Shown here piece by piece: positions 9,501-19,613 of a stretch of 64,000 nucleotides of DNA. Origin of the DNA: Patescibacteria group bacterium (lineage in GTDB: Bacteria; Patescibacteriota; Patescibacteriia; JACRDY01); assembly GCA_041671565.1 (NCBI GenBank), contig JBAZBH010000004.1, positions 9,308 through 73,307 of the forward strand, written 5' to 3'. The position numbers and the translations under genes are program-made. Every line of letters begins with the position of its first letter. Within the stretch, counting starts at the first letter, position 1. The notes under the pieces were generated by a model. It was not told the DNA's origin, did not search any database, and worked only from the letters and a program-made list of their open reading frames with translations.

Positions 9501-12500
9501 GGCGAGGTTCCCGGCGGGCCGCTGGTGTTGAATGTTAATTATAAGGTTAGCGTCAAGCGCCGGAACGACGGAGCCGAGAGCAATGCCGTGACCTTTTCCA
9601 CGGTTGATCGGGCGCTTAGCCCGGGCATTTGCCGCCTGAATCCGGACAACGGCCCGGAGGGCACGCCGGTTTACGCGTTGGGTGAAAATTTTGGCGCTTC
9701 CGATGAAGAGAAGAACGGATTTTTATTCTTTTCTTTAACTAAAGCTGATAATGTCGCCCGTGCCGGAGTGCCGCTCTGGGGCGATACCGCGGCTAAAGTT
9801 TTTGTGCCAGCGGAAGCCAATACCGGACCGGCTTATCTTTATAATCAAGGCTATTTTCCTTATACCGGCAAAAGCAATGAGGTTGGTTTCCGGGTCGGCG
9901 CCTGCACCCAAAATCTTTGCAATAATTATCCTGATGGCCTGGCCTGTAATAGCGGTAATCGCGGTCAACACGCGCCGGACGGCGCTCGCTGTTGGCTGTG
10001 TCTCGCTAACGGCTGGGAGTGGGATTACACGGCCGCGGATTGCAGCAGTCAGTTTAAAGATTGTTGCGATGACGGCGTTTGTTTAGATAAAAAATCCACT
10101 AACCCTCAGCCTTGCGCCACCCGCGGCAACAATTCTTCGCTTGCCTGGGCGTTTTCGACTGGTGAGATACCGGTTTATCCCCGCGTGGTGGAGGAGTGCA
10201 CTCAGTCGCTAAGTTGCAATCAAGCTAATCTGCCCAGCCCCAGCCCTTGGACGCCGGATTTTGACATTGATCGGGAATATGAGCTGGCTTGCAGTAACTC
10301 GGTAATTACCGCCCGTTTTACCGCGCCTATGAAACCGACTTCTTTTATTTATTTGACGGCGAGAAGTCCAGATGTCTATAAAGATGGCACTGGCGCCATT
10401 CAGCCAGCGTCAGCCACGGCCACGGTTGAAGTTAAAAAATGCGTAACCGCGGTGGTGGTTGATAATCATTTTATTAGTTGCAGTAACTGGGATAATCCGC
10501 TGCCGGGCGAACCGGAAATGCCGCCCAGCCCTGATAGTTTTCAATTTTATCCCGGCAGTAAAGCCGTCGGCACGGCGTTAGACCCTGATAGCTGGTATCA
10601 AGTGACACTTTTTGGCCGGCCGGCCGGGCAGACAAGCGGGGGACTGGTGGGGGTGAATGACTATCCGTTGCAGCAGAATTATGTTTGGCAATTTAAAACC
10701 CGTTCGGCTGCTGACGAGCCTTGCAAGGTGGGCTGTGTGACTGTGACGCCACCCAGTGTCACCGCCAGATTTTTAGGGCCTCTTCATCATTATAGCGCCG
10801 ATGGGATTGAGGGCGATCTTTGGTATCACCAGGCCTTTATTAGCGCCGAAGATAGCCCCTGTAATTTAATTAATGCCAGCGCTTATGGTTGGCTCTGGTA
10901 TGCGACTCAAAATGAGTTTATTAGGAAAGGTGCACGGGTAAACCATATCGCCTATAATCGGGTGAATGGCGCGCCGGATAAGCAGTTGGTTACCGCCCAG
11001 TTTGAGACCGCCGGTTTGCCAGTATTGTTGTGGGCCGAAGAAACATCTAGTCATCATAAAAATAAGGGCGATGTGTATGTCGATCTGGTTGACCCGCAGA
11101 TTATCGCCCGCTGGCCGGATTGTGGCACGGCTTGCGTTAACGCGCAGATTGGCGCGGCGTTTAACACCGAGATGGTCGCAAACGATTTTGATAGCGCCGA
11201 TACGGTTCAACTATTTTCCTGCGGCACTGATGCCACTTGTTCCGGCGTTATGGCCAGCGTGCCAATCAGCGATGTTTTTTATCAAGATCAAGACCAGCGC
11301 GCAACTTTACCGCCCGGCCATTATTTTCACGAATTAACCTTTAACGCCTCGGCGGCGCTCCTACCTAACATCTATTATCGGGTGGTGATCAAAAATACGG
11401 TTCAGAGCGTTGACGGCGTCTTTTTGACCATACCCAATGCCGCTGATCGTTATGACAGCAATCCGCAGGATGGCAATGTTGACGGTTATAGCTGGATTTT
11501 CAAAACTAAAAATGATTTTAACCTTTGCGCGATCGGTCGGGTGGCGGTGTCGCCCGCGGCGGCCAAACTGATTTGGATACCGGATTACCAGTTTTTTGGC
11601 GCGCAGGCTTATGGCTTTCCTGATGATTGCAACCAGTATGGCCAACGATTGGTTAATAGCTCTTACGCTTGGGATTGGGCGGCGACGGATAAAGCTAATG
11701 AACCACCATACGAAAATCCGGTGGCCAGAATTTCTCAGGTGCCGGCAGTCGGTTGCGGCAACGGCCTGATCAACCGCGGCGAGGACTGCGACGCTGGCCC
11801 GCGGAACGGCTTAGTTGGCAGTGGTTGCACGACCCAGTGTTTACATACCGGCAGTGTGGCTGGCGGCACTTGTCGTAATGGCGTGGTGGATGTTGGCGAG
11901 GAATGTGATTATGGTGAATTGGTAAATAATGATGATGACAGTACTAATTATAGCTTAAAATATTGTGATTCCGTCACTTGTTTGCGGTTGGGTAACGGCA
12001 ATAGCGGCACGGTTTGCGGCAACGGCCTCTTGGAGCCTGGCGAAGCGTGCGACACACTCTTTGAACCCAATGGCGATGATAGCGATGGTTGCACTGACCA
12101 CTGTACTCATTCTGGTAGTTTGCCGCTAGCCGCTGGCGGCACTTGCGGCGACGGCCGAGTGGGTCTGGGTGAGGAATGTGAAAGTTGTCTGGTGTGCCAA
12201 GGGGGGACGGCAGCTAATAACTGTTCGGCTAAAGAGCCAACCGCGGCGGCTTGCATCATGCCTTGTTCAGTGCGGACAGCCACTACACCTTACTGGGAAT
12301 GCACGGGGGCGACTGGTTGTTCGGCTAAAGGTGAAACCTCTTGCCGCGCTGACAATGCCTGTGTCTGGACCAGAAGAACTTTAGCCTGCGAGACACCGAC
12401 GGCATCCAGCGAGGGTTGTTACACTAATTGTTTATTACTAAATGGCGATTTGTATAAATATTCCGGCAGTAATTATTCAACTTCTATGTCGGTTTGCCAT

Positions 12501-15500
12501 AACGGTCTGGTGGAAATCGGCGAGGAGTGCGATTTGGGGCTGCCAATCAATATTGGCGGCGCGGATAATTATAGATTAAATCAGTGTAACTCTGCCAATT
12601 GTTTGAATGCCGGCGCTCCAATTTTAACAACTTATGCGCCGGCCGGCCCGTTTCAGATTGCCACTTCGGTTAATGAAGGCTTTTCTGAAATCACCGCGGC
12701 GGCCGGCGGGTTTTGCGCTAGCGACCACAGTAAAGCTTGCGTAGCCAATTTTGATTGTCCGGTTAATGACACCTGCGACATTAGCCTCCAAAAGAAGAAT
12801 GACCCGGTGTCCGAACTGGAAGTGGTCTGCCATCTGGCCGCTGAAGATTGCCCTTATTCCACGCCTAGCGACCTTTTTCCCAGAGGACTAGATAGCAATG
12901 GTTGTTGCCGTCTGCGGCCGCAAGTCGCGGTGATGGTGCCGGCCAATAACCCTGACTCGGATTGGGAGTGTGTCGGTCCGGGTACTTGTTCGAGTAACGG
13001 CCGTAGCGCTTGCCTAGCGGATACTTCATGTTCTTGGACTAGAAAAAATGCGGTTTGCCGCAATACCGTGATCACGGCTTCGTTTAACTATCCTGATGGC
13101 ACCGTTACATTAGAGGCCATGGATGCCAGTAGTTTTACCAAAGATAATGTGGTTTTGGAATATAATAACGGCTTGAATGTCTGTCCGGGAGCGCCGGTCA
13201 GTTTCTTACAAAATAAGTTCCCCTGGATTAAAGTGTTTGGCCAAGATGGCTTGTTATCTTGGGGTTATCACAAGTTAGGGGAGCTAGCCAAAAAGTTTTT
13301 GGGCCAAGACGCTTTAGCCGATGCCCGGCCGGAGGATATCTGGTGTCCGGTCAAGTCTTCAGTCACCGGCAGCGGGGATAAATTGGAGGTTAATCTCTTA
13401 GAAATGTTGCCGGCGAATAAGCAAATCCGGGTGGTAGTGAAAGAAGGTGTGAAAGACAGCCACGGCACGCCGCTCGGTAATTTCAATCACCGAATAGTTG
13501 ACGGGCTCGATATCTCTTGCAACGACCGAGATGGCAATGCTAATGGCTGTAATAGTTTTGTTTGGACCTTTAATACCGGCGCGGATATTTGTCTTTTAAA
13601 CCGAGTAGTGGTTGATCCGCTACAGGCTTCTTTGAACTACCATTTTGACGCCGCCACCCAGCTTGATGGCAGTTATTACGACCCGAAAGCCACCGCCAAG
13701 AGTTCTAACGGCCCGATCCAAATGGTGCCGGGGACTTATAGTTGGACTTGGAGTTGGTCTAAGGGCAGTTTGCCGGACGCCGTGGCGACGATGACTGATA
13801 ATCGATATTGTTCCGAAAATCCGTCGCAGGTTTGCACTAATAATACTGTTGCTTGCGCTAATGACAAAGGCGCTTGCACGGCTGACGCCGCGCCGAGCGT
13901 TTTAAAACATTGTTCCGGCGATCCAACGGTTGATTGCACCGCTGACGCCACGGTTTGTAAACCAAATTGCGTTTCTCACGACCAGCAAAAGGTTATGGCC
14001 CAGCAGCAAAACGGCGAAGGTGTGATCACCGCCACGGCTAAAGTTAATCAGGTTGACCCGTCGCTCGTGAGTGAAACTTTACTGGGCGCGGCTTATTCCG
14101 GCGAGTCGCAACTGGTGGTTTTCTTCTGCAATAATCCTTGGCCGCGGGTTTGTAAACATTATGATGCTAATTCTAACTCGTGGTTAACAAGCAGTCCTTT
14201 AACACCTTGTCAGATTGGTGATGATTTACTTGATGATGATTGCGCGGCGGGGGACAGTTGCAGTTTTGACGCTTGGGGACTGGAAGATTCGTCAGACACA
14301 GCGGTTCCGGCTTTCTTAAGCAATCCGGTTTATACCAATTTTAAAACTTATTATTGCCGCGATGCCGGCGCTGCTGACCGGACTAGCGACGATTTGCCCT
14401 CACTCGCTTTCCCGCCAACCGTGATTCCGCCCAATATACAGCCGCTCGGAGTGGGCGGCAGTAGCCAGCTTCTGCGGCACATGCTCCTGCCACGGGCGAT
14501 TGATTCCTCCTTCTGGGGGAGTGAGATTGGCGGTTCCAGCGACGCGGTGATTATCAGCGTGGAAAAAAATATTGAGCACCTTTCGCCGGCGCTTTGGTTC
14601 ACCGAGAAGTTCGGCGGCGCGCCCACGGCGGAAAAAGTTGACGGCTATGAGGCGGTCAATTCGGGCAACACGCATTATATCAACGCCGGTAATTTTGTGC
14701 CGGCCACCGGGGAAACTAATTATGGCCCCTGCGTCTTGCCTGCCGGTAACGGTGTTTGTCGGCTACAACCGTCGTTAGCTTGTCAAAATGACGGGCAGTG
14801 CCGTGTGCCTAGCGATAGTAGTTGGACTAGTAGAACCAGTATCCCTGATCGGAGTTGGCAGTCGGTCGCTTATGGTAATGGTAAATTTGTTGCCGTGGGT
14901 CAAACTGATATAGTGATAACTTCACCGGATGGCATTAACTGGACTAGTCAAACCGCCATTAATAATACCTGGCAATCCGTCACCTATGGCAACGGCATCT
15001 TTGTGGCAGTGAATGATTCTAACACCGGTGATCGGGTAATGACTTCGCCAGATGGCATTACTTGGACCAGCCGACCAGCTGATTATGGCCAATATACTCA
15101 ATGGCAATCCGTCACCTTTGGCAATGGTAAATTTGTGATGGTGAATAGCAATGGTACTGGCAATCAAGCGATGACTTCACCGGATGGCATTAATTGGACT
15201 AGTCAAACCACGCCGACCCCCAATAATAGTTGGTCTGCCGTCACCTACGGCAATGGTTTGTTTGTGGCCGTGGCTGATTCTGGCGCTGGCGTAATGACTT
15301 CACCGGATGGCATTACTTGGACCAGCCGCACCGCCGTTGATAGTGAATGGCGATCTGTCACCTATGGCAACGGCTTATTTGCAGCCGTGGCAATATCATC
15401 TGGCTCCCATCCTAGAGTAATGACCTCACCGGACGGCATTACTTGGACTAGCCGAACTGCCCCGGCTCAGCTTTGGTCATCCGTCACCTATGGCAATGGC

Positions 15501-18500
15501 TTGTTTGCGGCCGTGGCTTATTCTGGTACCGGCAATCAAGCCATGACTTCACCGGATGGCATTACTTGGACCAGCCAAACTCCCGCTCATAATTTTTGGT
15601 CCGCCGTCACCTATGGCAATGGCTTGTTTGTGGCGGTGGCTTATGGCGGCGGCACTGGCAATCGAGTGATGACTGCTTCGCTCTCAGCCGGTGGGGAAAC
15701 CGATTATGGGCCTTGTGATATTGCTACCGGCGGCACTTGTGAACTCAACTCGTCTTTAGCTTGCCAAAATGATGGCCAGTGCACGGTTCATAGCGGCGGC
15801 GGTGTCAACGATCGTTTATACACCAATATTTACATTTTGTCCCAGACCGAGAATTCTAATTCCAACACCAATAATATCTTCCAACAGTTGTTGAGGAATT
15901 TAACCTTTAACACCAATATCCCCAGCTCTAATACTTGTTTTAAACAAATCGGGGCCACCCCCCAAGAAATTTTGGACGCCGATGGCAATCCGGTGGTCTG
16001 TAGCCAAGATGCCGACTGTTATCGCTGTTCTCCGAACATTTCTGTCGCCAATCCTAACCCGGATAAGATTTGCGAGATTAGTGACGATTGCGCGGCGCCC
16101 GGAACCACGGCGTTGGAGTGTGATGCCGATCGTCCCGGTGTCACCATTACTTGCAACAGCCCCAAACTTAAAGTTACCCGCAATGTCAAACGGGCGGCGG
16201 ATATTCATGATACGCGCAGTCTCCTGGCGGCCTATGGCGAACAGCATAAAGTTGATAATATCAAAACTTACCCGAGTTTAGCCGCCGGCAGTTATCTTAA
16301 TGGCCAATCTTACAGCGCTTGGCCGTCCTGGCAGGCGACGCTGGGCAATGCGCTTGGCCGCACGCTGGCAATTGATCCGCTGAATGCTTTTTATGGTTGT
16401 AGCGCGCCTTATAATTCTACCACTTGCTGGGACCAGAAGACCCTGCGGTTTGCTTGTCCGGCGAAGTCTTACACCTATTATTACAGCGTGGCGCCGGATC
16501 TGAAGACTTATCGGCTGCTGGCTAATTTTGAGCAGTTTAGCACTACGCCGATAGCCGATCTTTGGGATGTGTTTAAAGATTATGAAAGCGTATTGCAGGA
16601 GGTTTGTTATAACTTTGAAGGGCGGAATTTTGACGATTACGACCAGGACGGTGTCAAAGACAGCGTGGATAATTGTCCGGGCGACAAGAATGGCTATACC
16701 TTGCCTTGCGACGGTTCTAATGACGGACTGTGCTGTCCGTACGACGATGTTCGCTTTTGTTGCCCTTATTATAATCCTGATATGCCAGATACTGATCCGG
16801 GTTTTGATGCCATGATAGCGGCGGTACGGGATAATTGCGGCCACACCAGGACCGGCCAAGCCGATACTGACGGTGATGGTATTGGCAATACTTGCGAAGA
16901 TTGTCCGAATGACGCCAACCATAATGACGCGGATAACGACGGCTTATGTGGGCAGGAGGATAATTGCTGGATGATTAGTAACCCAGAACAATTGGATAGT
17001 GATAATAGCTGTCCGGAGCCGCCATTTTATACCAGCGGCGCTGATCCCCAAACTTACGATCCGGCCTGCGGCGATGTTTGCGATTCTACCTGTCGCGGCC
17101 TGGGCGATGATGATTGCCAACAGGTTTGTGAGGGTAATAATAATGTTTGGTTAAATCAGGGCGGGCAGTCTAACTGTTGCGGCGACGATCCGGGTGAAGG
17201 CGCGGTGGGGACGATTGAAACCGGTAGCCAGTGCTTTGACGGCATTGACAACAACTGCGACGGCCGGATTGACGAAAGTGTTGACCCGGACAGCGACGGC
17301 GCCGGCTCCTGCGACCGGCCGGTGGCGGATTGTAATAACGATCCCGCCAGCCGTCCCGTTAGCGGTTCCGATATCTATCCTGGGGCAACCGAAGATTGTT
17401 ATAATAATATTGATGATAATTGCAATGGATTACTCGACGCCGCTGATCCGCAGTGCGCTCTTGTTACTTTTTCTCTTTCTGAAGCCATAACCCCGACTAC
17501 CGATTCTTATTATATTAAATTTACTAAAGATGATGATCCTAATTTTGTCGGTATGGTCGGGGCGCCGCAGGGCGTTTCCTATGGCCTACCCAATGAATTA
17601 GTTTGTTTTGGCACTAATACTTCCGGTGTCGTGCCAGCGCCATACCGAGCCTGCTTTGATAAATCCGGGCAAAGACCATTTTCAGATTTTCAAGGGTTTA
17701 TTTTGCCAGTCGGTAACTATACGGCCGAGATTTATCCAATTGAACCTAGTTCGGCGGTTGGCGATTATAGCCTGACGGCCAGCCAAAATGTTGCCGTTAC
17801 TGATATTTCTCATCCTAGCTGTGTTAATAATAACTACCTTAATTATGGCGCGGCTGACGGCGGACATTGCCTGCCGTGGAGCCATACCGAGTTTTGGGCC
17901 GACGCCTCTGATTGCGCCCTGACTGTCGGGGGGAACCATTATACTGATCCTAACTATTTACAAGCTTGGGGCGTGGATGGAAATGTTTTAACCACGCCAA
18001 CGAGAGAGCAACAACATTGTTTCAATCTCGCGCCGACTGATAAATATTACACTTTTCGGTTGGATAGCGACCATAGTGTTTTAAACGCGCCTTTACCCGA
18101 CTTTGAAAATACTTTTGTCGGCGCTGAATATGATTGGCAAGGTGTGGCTTATGGCGAGAACACATTTGTGGCGATTAGCGCTGACAAGGTAATGACTTCA
18201 GCTGACGGCGCCACTTGGATTGCCCGTAACGGTGGCGGCATGCAAGATTGGCATAGTGTGGCCTATGGCGGTGGCAAATTTGTGGCCGTAGCCAATAACG
18301 GCCACGCTGGCCTTAAAAGGGTGACGATTTCCGATGACGGCATTACTTGGCGGTATGGGATGTCTACCGGAGATCGAGAGGATGATTATCAGAGCATTGC
18401 TTATGGCGGTGGCAAATTTGTGGCCGTGGCTAGCGGCACTGGCAATCGAGTTATAACTTCGTCTGATGGCATCGCCTGGACTGCCCACGCTACTCCAAAC

Positions 18501-19082
18501 AACAATGATTGGCAAAGTGTGGCTTATGGCGTTGTCCAGAGCCGCGGCACATTCGTGGCCGTGGCTAATTCCGGCACCGGCCGGATTATGACTTCAACGG
18601 ATGGCGCCAGTTGGACGGCTTTAAATATCGGCGACGCTTATGATTGGCAGAGTGTGGCTTATGGCGAGGGCAAGTTTGTGGCGGCGGGCACTGATAGCGC
18701 GGGCAAATTAGTTGAAGCCTTTTCCGATGGCGCTAGTTGGACAGTCAATGTTTCGGCTAATACCGGCAAAGTGTATGCCTTGGCTTATGGCGGCGGCACA
18801 TTTGTGGCCGTGGTTGATAGCGCCGCGGGTAAGCAAGTAATAACTTCACCTGATGGCGCTAGTTGGACACCTTCGCCCAACCACACGCTGGATAATGATT
18901 GGCGGAGCATTGCTTATGGCGGCGGTAAGTTTGTGGCCGTGGCTAGTTCCGGCGTGGGCAACCGAGTGATGACTTCTTATAATGGCATTGATTGGGAACC
19001 CCAAGCCGCGGCGGTTTCGCCTAACCCAGTTTATTGGGATCCGGATGTTTTAATTAAATTTAGGTTTACCGTTACACATTAA
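6549..19082 (+). CDS. Giant (4177 aa) pilin-anchored multidomain surface protein / putative adhesin
   Basis: Signal peptide plus VirB2-like pilin; Ig-like domains; 4 IPT/TIG-like repeats; 5 CGNG..E.GEECD Cys repeats; two 7-repeat W..V.YG.G.FVAV propellers; DxDxDG TSP3-like and CFDGIDNNCDG.IDE motifs. Confidence 0.85.
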   Translation: MFKKFSKIFLVLGLTAVLLLTAFGVRTALAADATDLGLSYVSNNTILPTGDIRVLIANIIRYALGLLGIVAVVICLYGGWLYMTSQGNEEQTTRAKAVLRDGLIGLAIILLAFAIVSLVFNFLVNATNPGESCAPGDPPRGCNWAPGPNCSGTQRCESNNRWGGCIPNYPIPPECELRDQFYIHHFSPPPYPPVTDPSKIGYWHAIKVRNATEEITFSMAVNPETLFETAPDSAASTAEPAFIVSKTFLSLSGVDYSDHLVMTASKTGNGIEILSNGQNVAPLADGINNFKWAVVKVTGGNWSGDNITVIFRTDQITNQGDLESWLGQHNDIDAGNYTVVNIFAVEIAAAGVGHDYFTEFPPAATYAAGSDPAGSIYLNYSAAEAAQSGSARIKVYNLGITYDPASADPARHLDAVGQQLKDMSEADLKALMLPDKQVAGDLVVVNGTIVAFNPSAPCPAGHETFFCFDQNTAYGVLVLPGVESQTGKRLLVDSAWPDFAYFLTGDKIDTEAPAVTLNMPFEGQGVCADQFNLSPAQSNLQSDARDDTEITRVAYSVYDASGPRGQLPIHYFIDGGTGKIMPNTEALWHIDYPSGGPLPDKYISYGSWDTYGFTFVTPPPPRVTVKAEAHDWNLSVEDSNTVVMRADHCCNGKKDLDETGVDCGGAWCGGCDGDACSLDTQSCQPDPTLCASSFCDPTTCVCRHLPIITEVDPGNGAPGNFITIYGKFFGSQIGQVVFLGAAGAGDDKVAKLPNEINPACGNTWQDEQIVVAVPTGAVDGPIKVVTAGGLEDTTESGPLHQRYPEEVVMTFDVNLTLRPGACLLRPASGKFSEQVDIVGTGFGLGTGTSDKVYFGTIVGPAVANSWTQTTVGAQVPNIAGGQTVAVKVQVGAEQSNGLRFNVTDEGDNNFPQINYLDPVDGNIGQYVTIFGKNFGGDTGTVLFTYNAGSEAQTAWGDFNFPAGCGQTWSDSQIIVKVPPSFLSIGEVPGGPLVLNVNYKVSVKRRNDGAESNAVTFSTVDRALSPGICRLNPDNGPEGTPVYALGENFGASDEEKNGFLFFSLTKADNVARAGVPLWGDTAAKVFVPAEANTGPAYLYNQGYFPYTGKSNEVGFRVGACTQNLCNNYPDGLACNSGNRGQHAPDGARCWLCLANGWEWDYTAADCSSQFKDCCDDGVCLDKKSTNPQPCATRGNNSSLAWAFSTGEIPVYPRVVEECTQSLSCNQANLPSPSPWTPDFDIDREYELACSNSVITARFTAPMKPTSFIYLTARSPDVYKDGTGAIQPASATATVEVKKCVTAVVVDNHFISCSNWDNPLPGEPEMPPSPDSFQFYPGSKAVGTALDPDSWYQVTLFGRPAGQTSGGLVGVNDYPLQQNYVWQFKTRSAADEPCKVGCVTVTPPSVTARFLGPLHHYSADGIEGDLWYHQAFISAEDSPCNLINASAYGWLWYATQNEFIRKGARVNHIAYNRVNGAPDKQLVTAQFETAGLPVLLWAEETSSHHKNKGDVYVDLVDPQIIARWPDCGTACVNAQIGAAFNTEMVANDFDSADTVQLFSCGTDATCSGVMASVPISDVFYQDQDQRATLPPGHYFHELTFNASAALLPNIYYRVVIKNTVQSVDGVFLTIPNAADRYDSNPQDGNVDGYSWIFKTKNDFNLCAIGRVAVSPAAAKLIWIPDYQFFGAQAYGFPDDCNQYGQRLVNSSYAWDWAATDKANEPPYENPVARISQVPAVGCGNGLINRGEDCDAGPRNGLVGSGCTTQCLHTGSVAGGTCRNGVVDVGEECDYGELVNNDDDSTNYSLKYCDSVTCLRLGNGNSGTVCGNGLLEPGEACDTLFEPNGDDSDGCTDHCTHSGSLPLAAGGTCGDGRVGLGEECESCLVCQGGTAANNCSAKEPTAAACIMPCSVRTATTPYWECTGATGCSAKGETSCRADNACVWTRRTLACETPTASSEGCYTNCLLLNGDLYKYSGSNYSTSMSVCHNGLVEIGEECDLGLPINIGGADNYRLNQCNSANCLNAGAPILTTYAPAGPFQIATSVNEGFSEITAAAGGFCASDHSKACVANFDCPVNDTCDISLQKKNDPVSELEVVCHLAAEDCPYSTPSDLFPRGLDSNGCCRLRPQVAVMVPANNPDSDWECVGPGTCSSNGRSACLADTSCSWTRKNAVCRNTVITASFNYPDGTVTLEAMDASSFTKDNVVLEYNNGLNVCPGAPVSFLQNKFPWIKVFGQDGLLSWGYHKLGELAKKFLGQDALADARPEDIWCPVKSSVTGSGDKLEVNLLEMLPANKQIRVVVKEGVKDSHGTPLGNFNHRIVDGLDISCNDRDGNANGCNSFVWTFNTGADICLLNRVVVDPLQASLNYHFDAATQLDGSYYDPKATAKSSNGPIQMVPGTYSWTWSWSKGSLPDAVATMTDNRYCSENPSQVCTNNTVACANDKGACTADAAPSVLKHCSGDPTVDCTADATVCKPNCVSHDQQKVMAQQQNGEGVITATAKVNQVDPSLVSETLLGAAYSGESQLVVFFCNNPWPRVCKHYDANSNSWLTSSPLTPCQIGDDLLDDDCAAGDSCSFDAWGLEDSSDTAVPAFLSNPVYTNFKTYYCRDAGAADRTSDDLPSLAFPPTVIPPNIQPLGVGGSSQLLRHMLLPRAIDSSFWGSEIGGSSDAVIISVEKNIEHLSPALWFTEKFGGAPTAEKVDGYEAVNSGNTHYINAGNFVPATGETNYGPCVLPAGNGVCRLQPSLACQNDGQCRVPSDSSWTSRTSIPDRSWQSVAYGNGKFVAVGQTDIVITSPDGINWTSQTAINNTWQSVTYGNGIFVAVNDSNTGDRVMTSPDGITWTSRPADYGQYTQWQSVTFGNGKFVMVNSNGTGNQAMTSPDGINWTSQTTPTPNNSWSAVTYGNGLFVAVADSGAGVMTSPDGITWTSRTAVDSEWRSVTYGNGLFAAVAISSGSHPRVMTSPDGITWTSRTAPAQLWSSVTYGNGLFAAVAYSGTGNQAMTSPDGITWTSQTPAHNFWSAVTYGNGLFVAVAYGGGTGNRVMTASLSAGGETDYGPCDIATGGTCELNSSLACQNDGQCTVHSGGGVNDRLYTNIYILSQTENSNSNTNNIFQQLLRNLTFNTNIPSSNTCFKQIGATPQEILDADGNPVVCSQDADCYRCSPNISVANPNPDKICEISDDCAAPGTTALECDADRPGVTITCNSPKLKVTRNVKRAADIHDTRSLLAAYGEQHKVDNIKTYPSLAAGSYLNGQSYSAWPSWQATLGNALGRTLAIDPLNAFYGCSAPYNSTTCWDQKTLRFACPAKSYTYYYSVAPDLKTYRLLANFEQFSTTPIADLWDVFKDYESVLQEVCYNFEGRNFDDYDQDGVKDSVDNCPGDKNGYTLPCDGSNDGLCCPYDDVRFCCPYYNPDMPDTDPGFDAMIAAVRDNCGHTRTGQADTDGDGIGNTCEDCPNDANHNDADNDGLCGQEDNCWMISNPEQLDSDNSCPEPPFYTSGADPQTYDPACGDVCDSTCRGLGDDDCQQVCEGNNNVWLNQGGQSNCCGDDPGEGAVGTIETGSQCFDGIDNNCDGRIDESVDPDSDGAGSCDRPVADCNNDPASRPVSGSDIYPGATEDCYNNIDDNCNGLLDAADPQCALVTFSLSEAITPTTDSYYIKFTKDDDPNFVGMVGAPQGVSYGLPNELVCFGTNTSGVVPAPYRACFDKSGQRPFSDFQGFILPVGNYTAEIYPIEPSSAVGDYSLTASQNVAVTDISHPSCVNNNYLNYGAADGGHCLPWSHTEFWADASDCALTVGGNHYTDPNYLQAWGVDGNVLTTPTREQQHCFNLAPTDKYYTFRLDSDHSVLNAPLPDFENTFVGAEYDWQGVAYGENTFVAISADKVMTSADGATWIARNGGGMQDWHSVAYGGGKFVAVANNGHAGLKRVTISDDGITWRYGMSTGDREDDYQSIAYGGGKFVAVASGTGNRVITSSDGIAWTAHATPNNNDWQSVAYGVVQSRGTFVAVANSGTGRIMTSTDGASWTALNIGDAYDWQSVAYGEGKFVAAGTDSAGKLVEAFSDGASWTVNVSANTGKVYALAYGGGTFVAVVDSAAGKQVITSPDGASWTPSPNHTLDNDWRSIAYGGGKFVAVASSGVGNRVMTSYNGIDWEPQAAAVSPNPVYWDPDVLIKFRFTVTH

Positions 19083-19091
19083 CGCTAAAAT

Positions 19092-19586
19092 ATGGTATTT
19101 TTGCCCGCTAACGATCCGATGCAACCGGATAAAAACCGCAAGTTAATCTACGCGATTGTTGCCGTGGCAGTTTTGATTTTAGTGGTTTTTGGTTATATTC
19201 TATTGAAGTGGTGGCAGAGGCCGCCTGCCGAACCGCAGGGACAGACGCCGGCAATTAACCAACCAGTTAATGAGGCGCCGGCAGTTAATCAGCCAACCGC
19301 CGAAAACCCAGAAGGCAAGCCTTCGGCGGGCGAAGTAACCAAGGTTAAGGGGGAAAATGGCAATTATTTAACTTTGGCCGAAGTAGAGAAAATATTAAGT
19401 GAAGCTAAGCCGGTTCTGGGGCCAGACGCGGATAATGACGGCCTGAGCGACAGTGAGGAAAAGTTTTATGGCACAGATAAGAATAACCCCGACACTGACG
19501 GCGACGGCTATAAAGACGGGGAAGAGGTGCAAAAAGGCTACAATCCGCTTGGCCCCGGCCGCGACATCAAGATCTTTACTCAATAA
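19092..19586 (+). CDS. Single-TM membrane protein with bacterial TSP3-like Ca-binding repeats
   Basis: TM helix, Pro/Asn-rich linker, DADNDGLSD.EE...GTD...PDTDGDG..DG.EV..GYNP. Confidence 0.8.
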   Translation: MVFLPANDPMQPDKNRKLIYAIVAVAVLILVVFGYILLKWWQRPPAEPQGQTPAINQPVNEAPAVNQPTAENPEGKPSAGEVTKVKGENGNYLTLAEVEKILSEAKPVLGPDADNDGLSDSEEKFYGTDKNNPDTDGDGYKDGEEVQKGYNPLGPGRDIKIFTQ

Positions 19587-19613
19587 ATAATAATAATTAA
19601 TTTTTTAAAATCT

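Noticed and set aside
14820-15680. Regularly spaced DNA repeats that could suggest a CRISPR array or DGR template
   Set aside because: They are in-frame ~126-bp propeller blades inside a CDS; no cas or reverse transcriptase gene and no unique spacers
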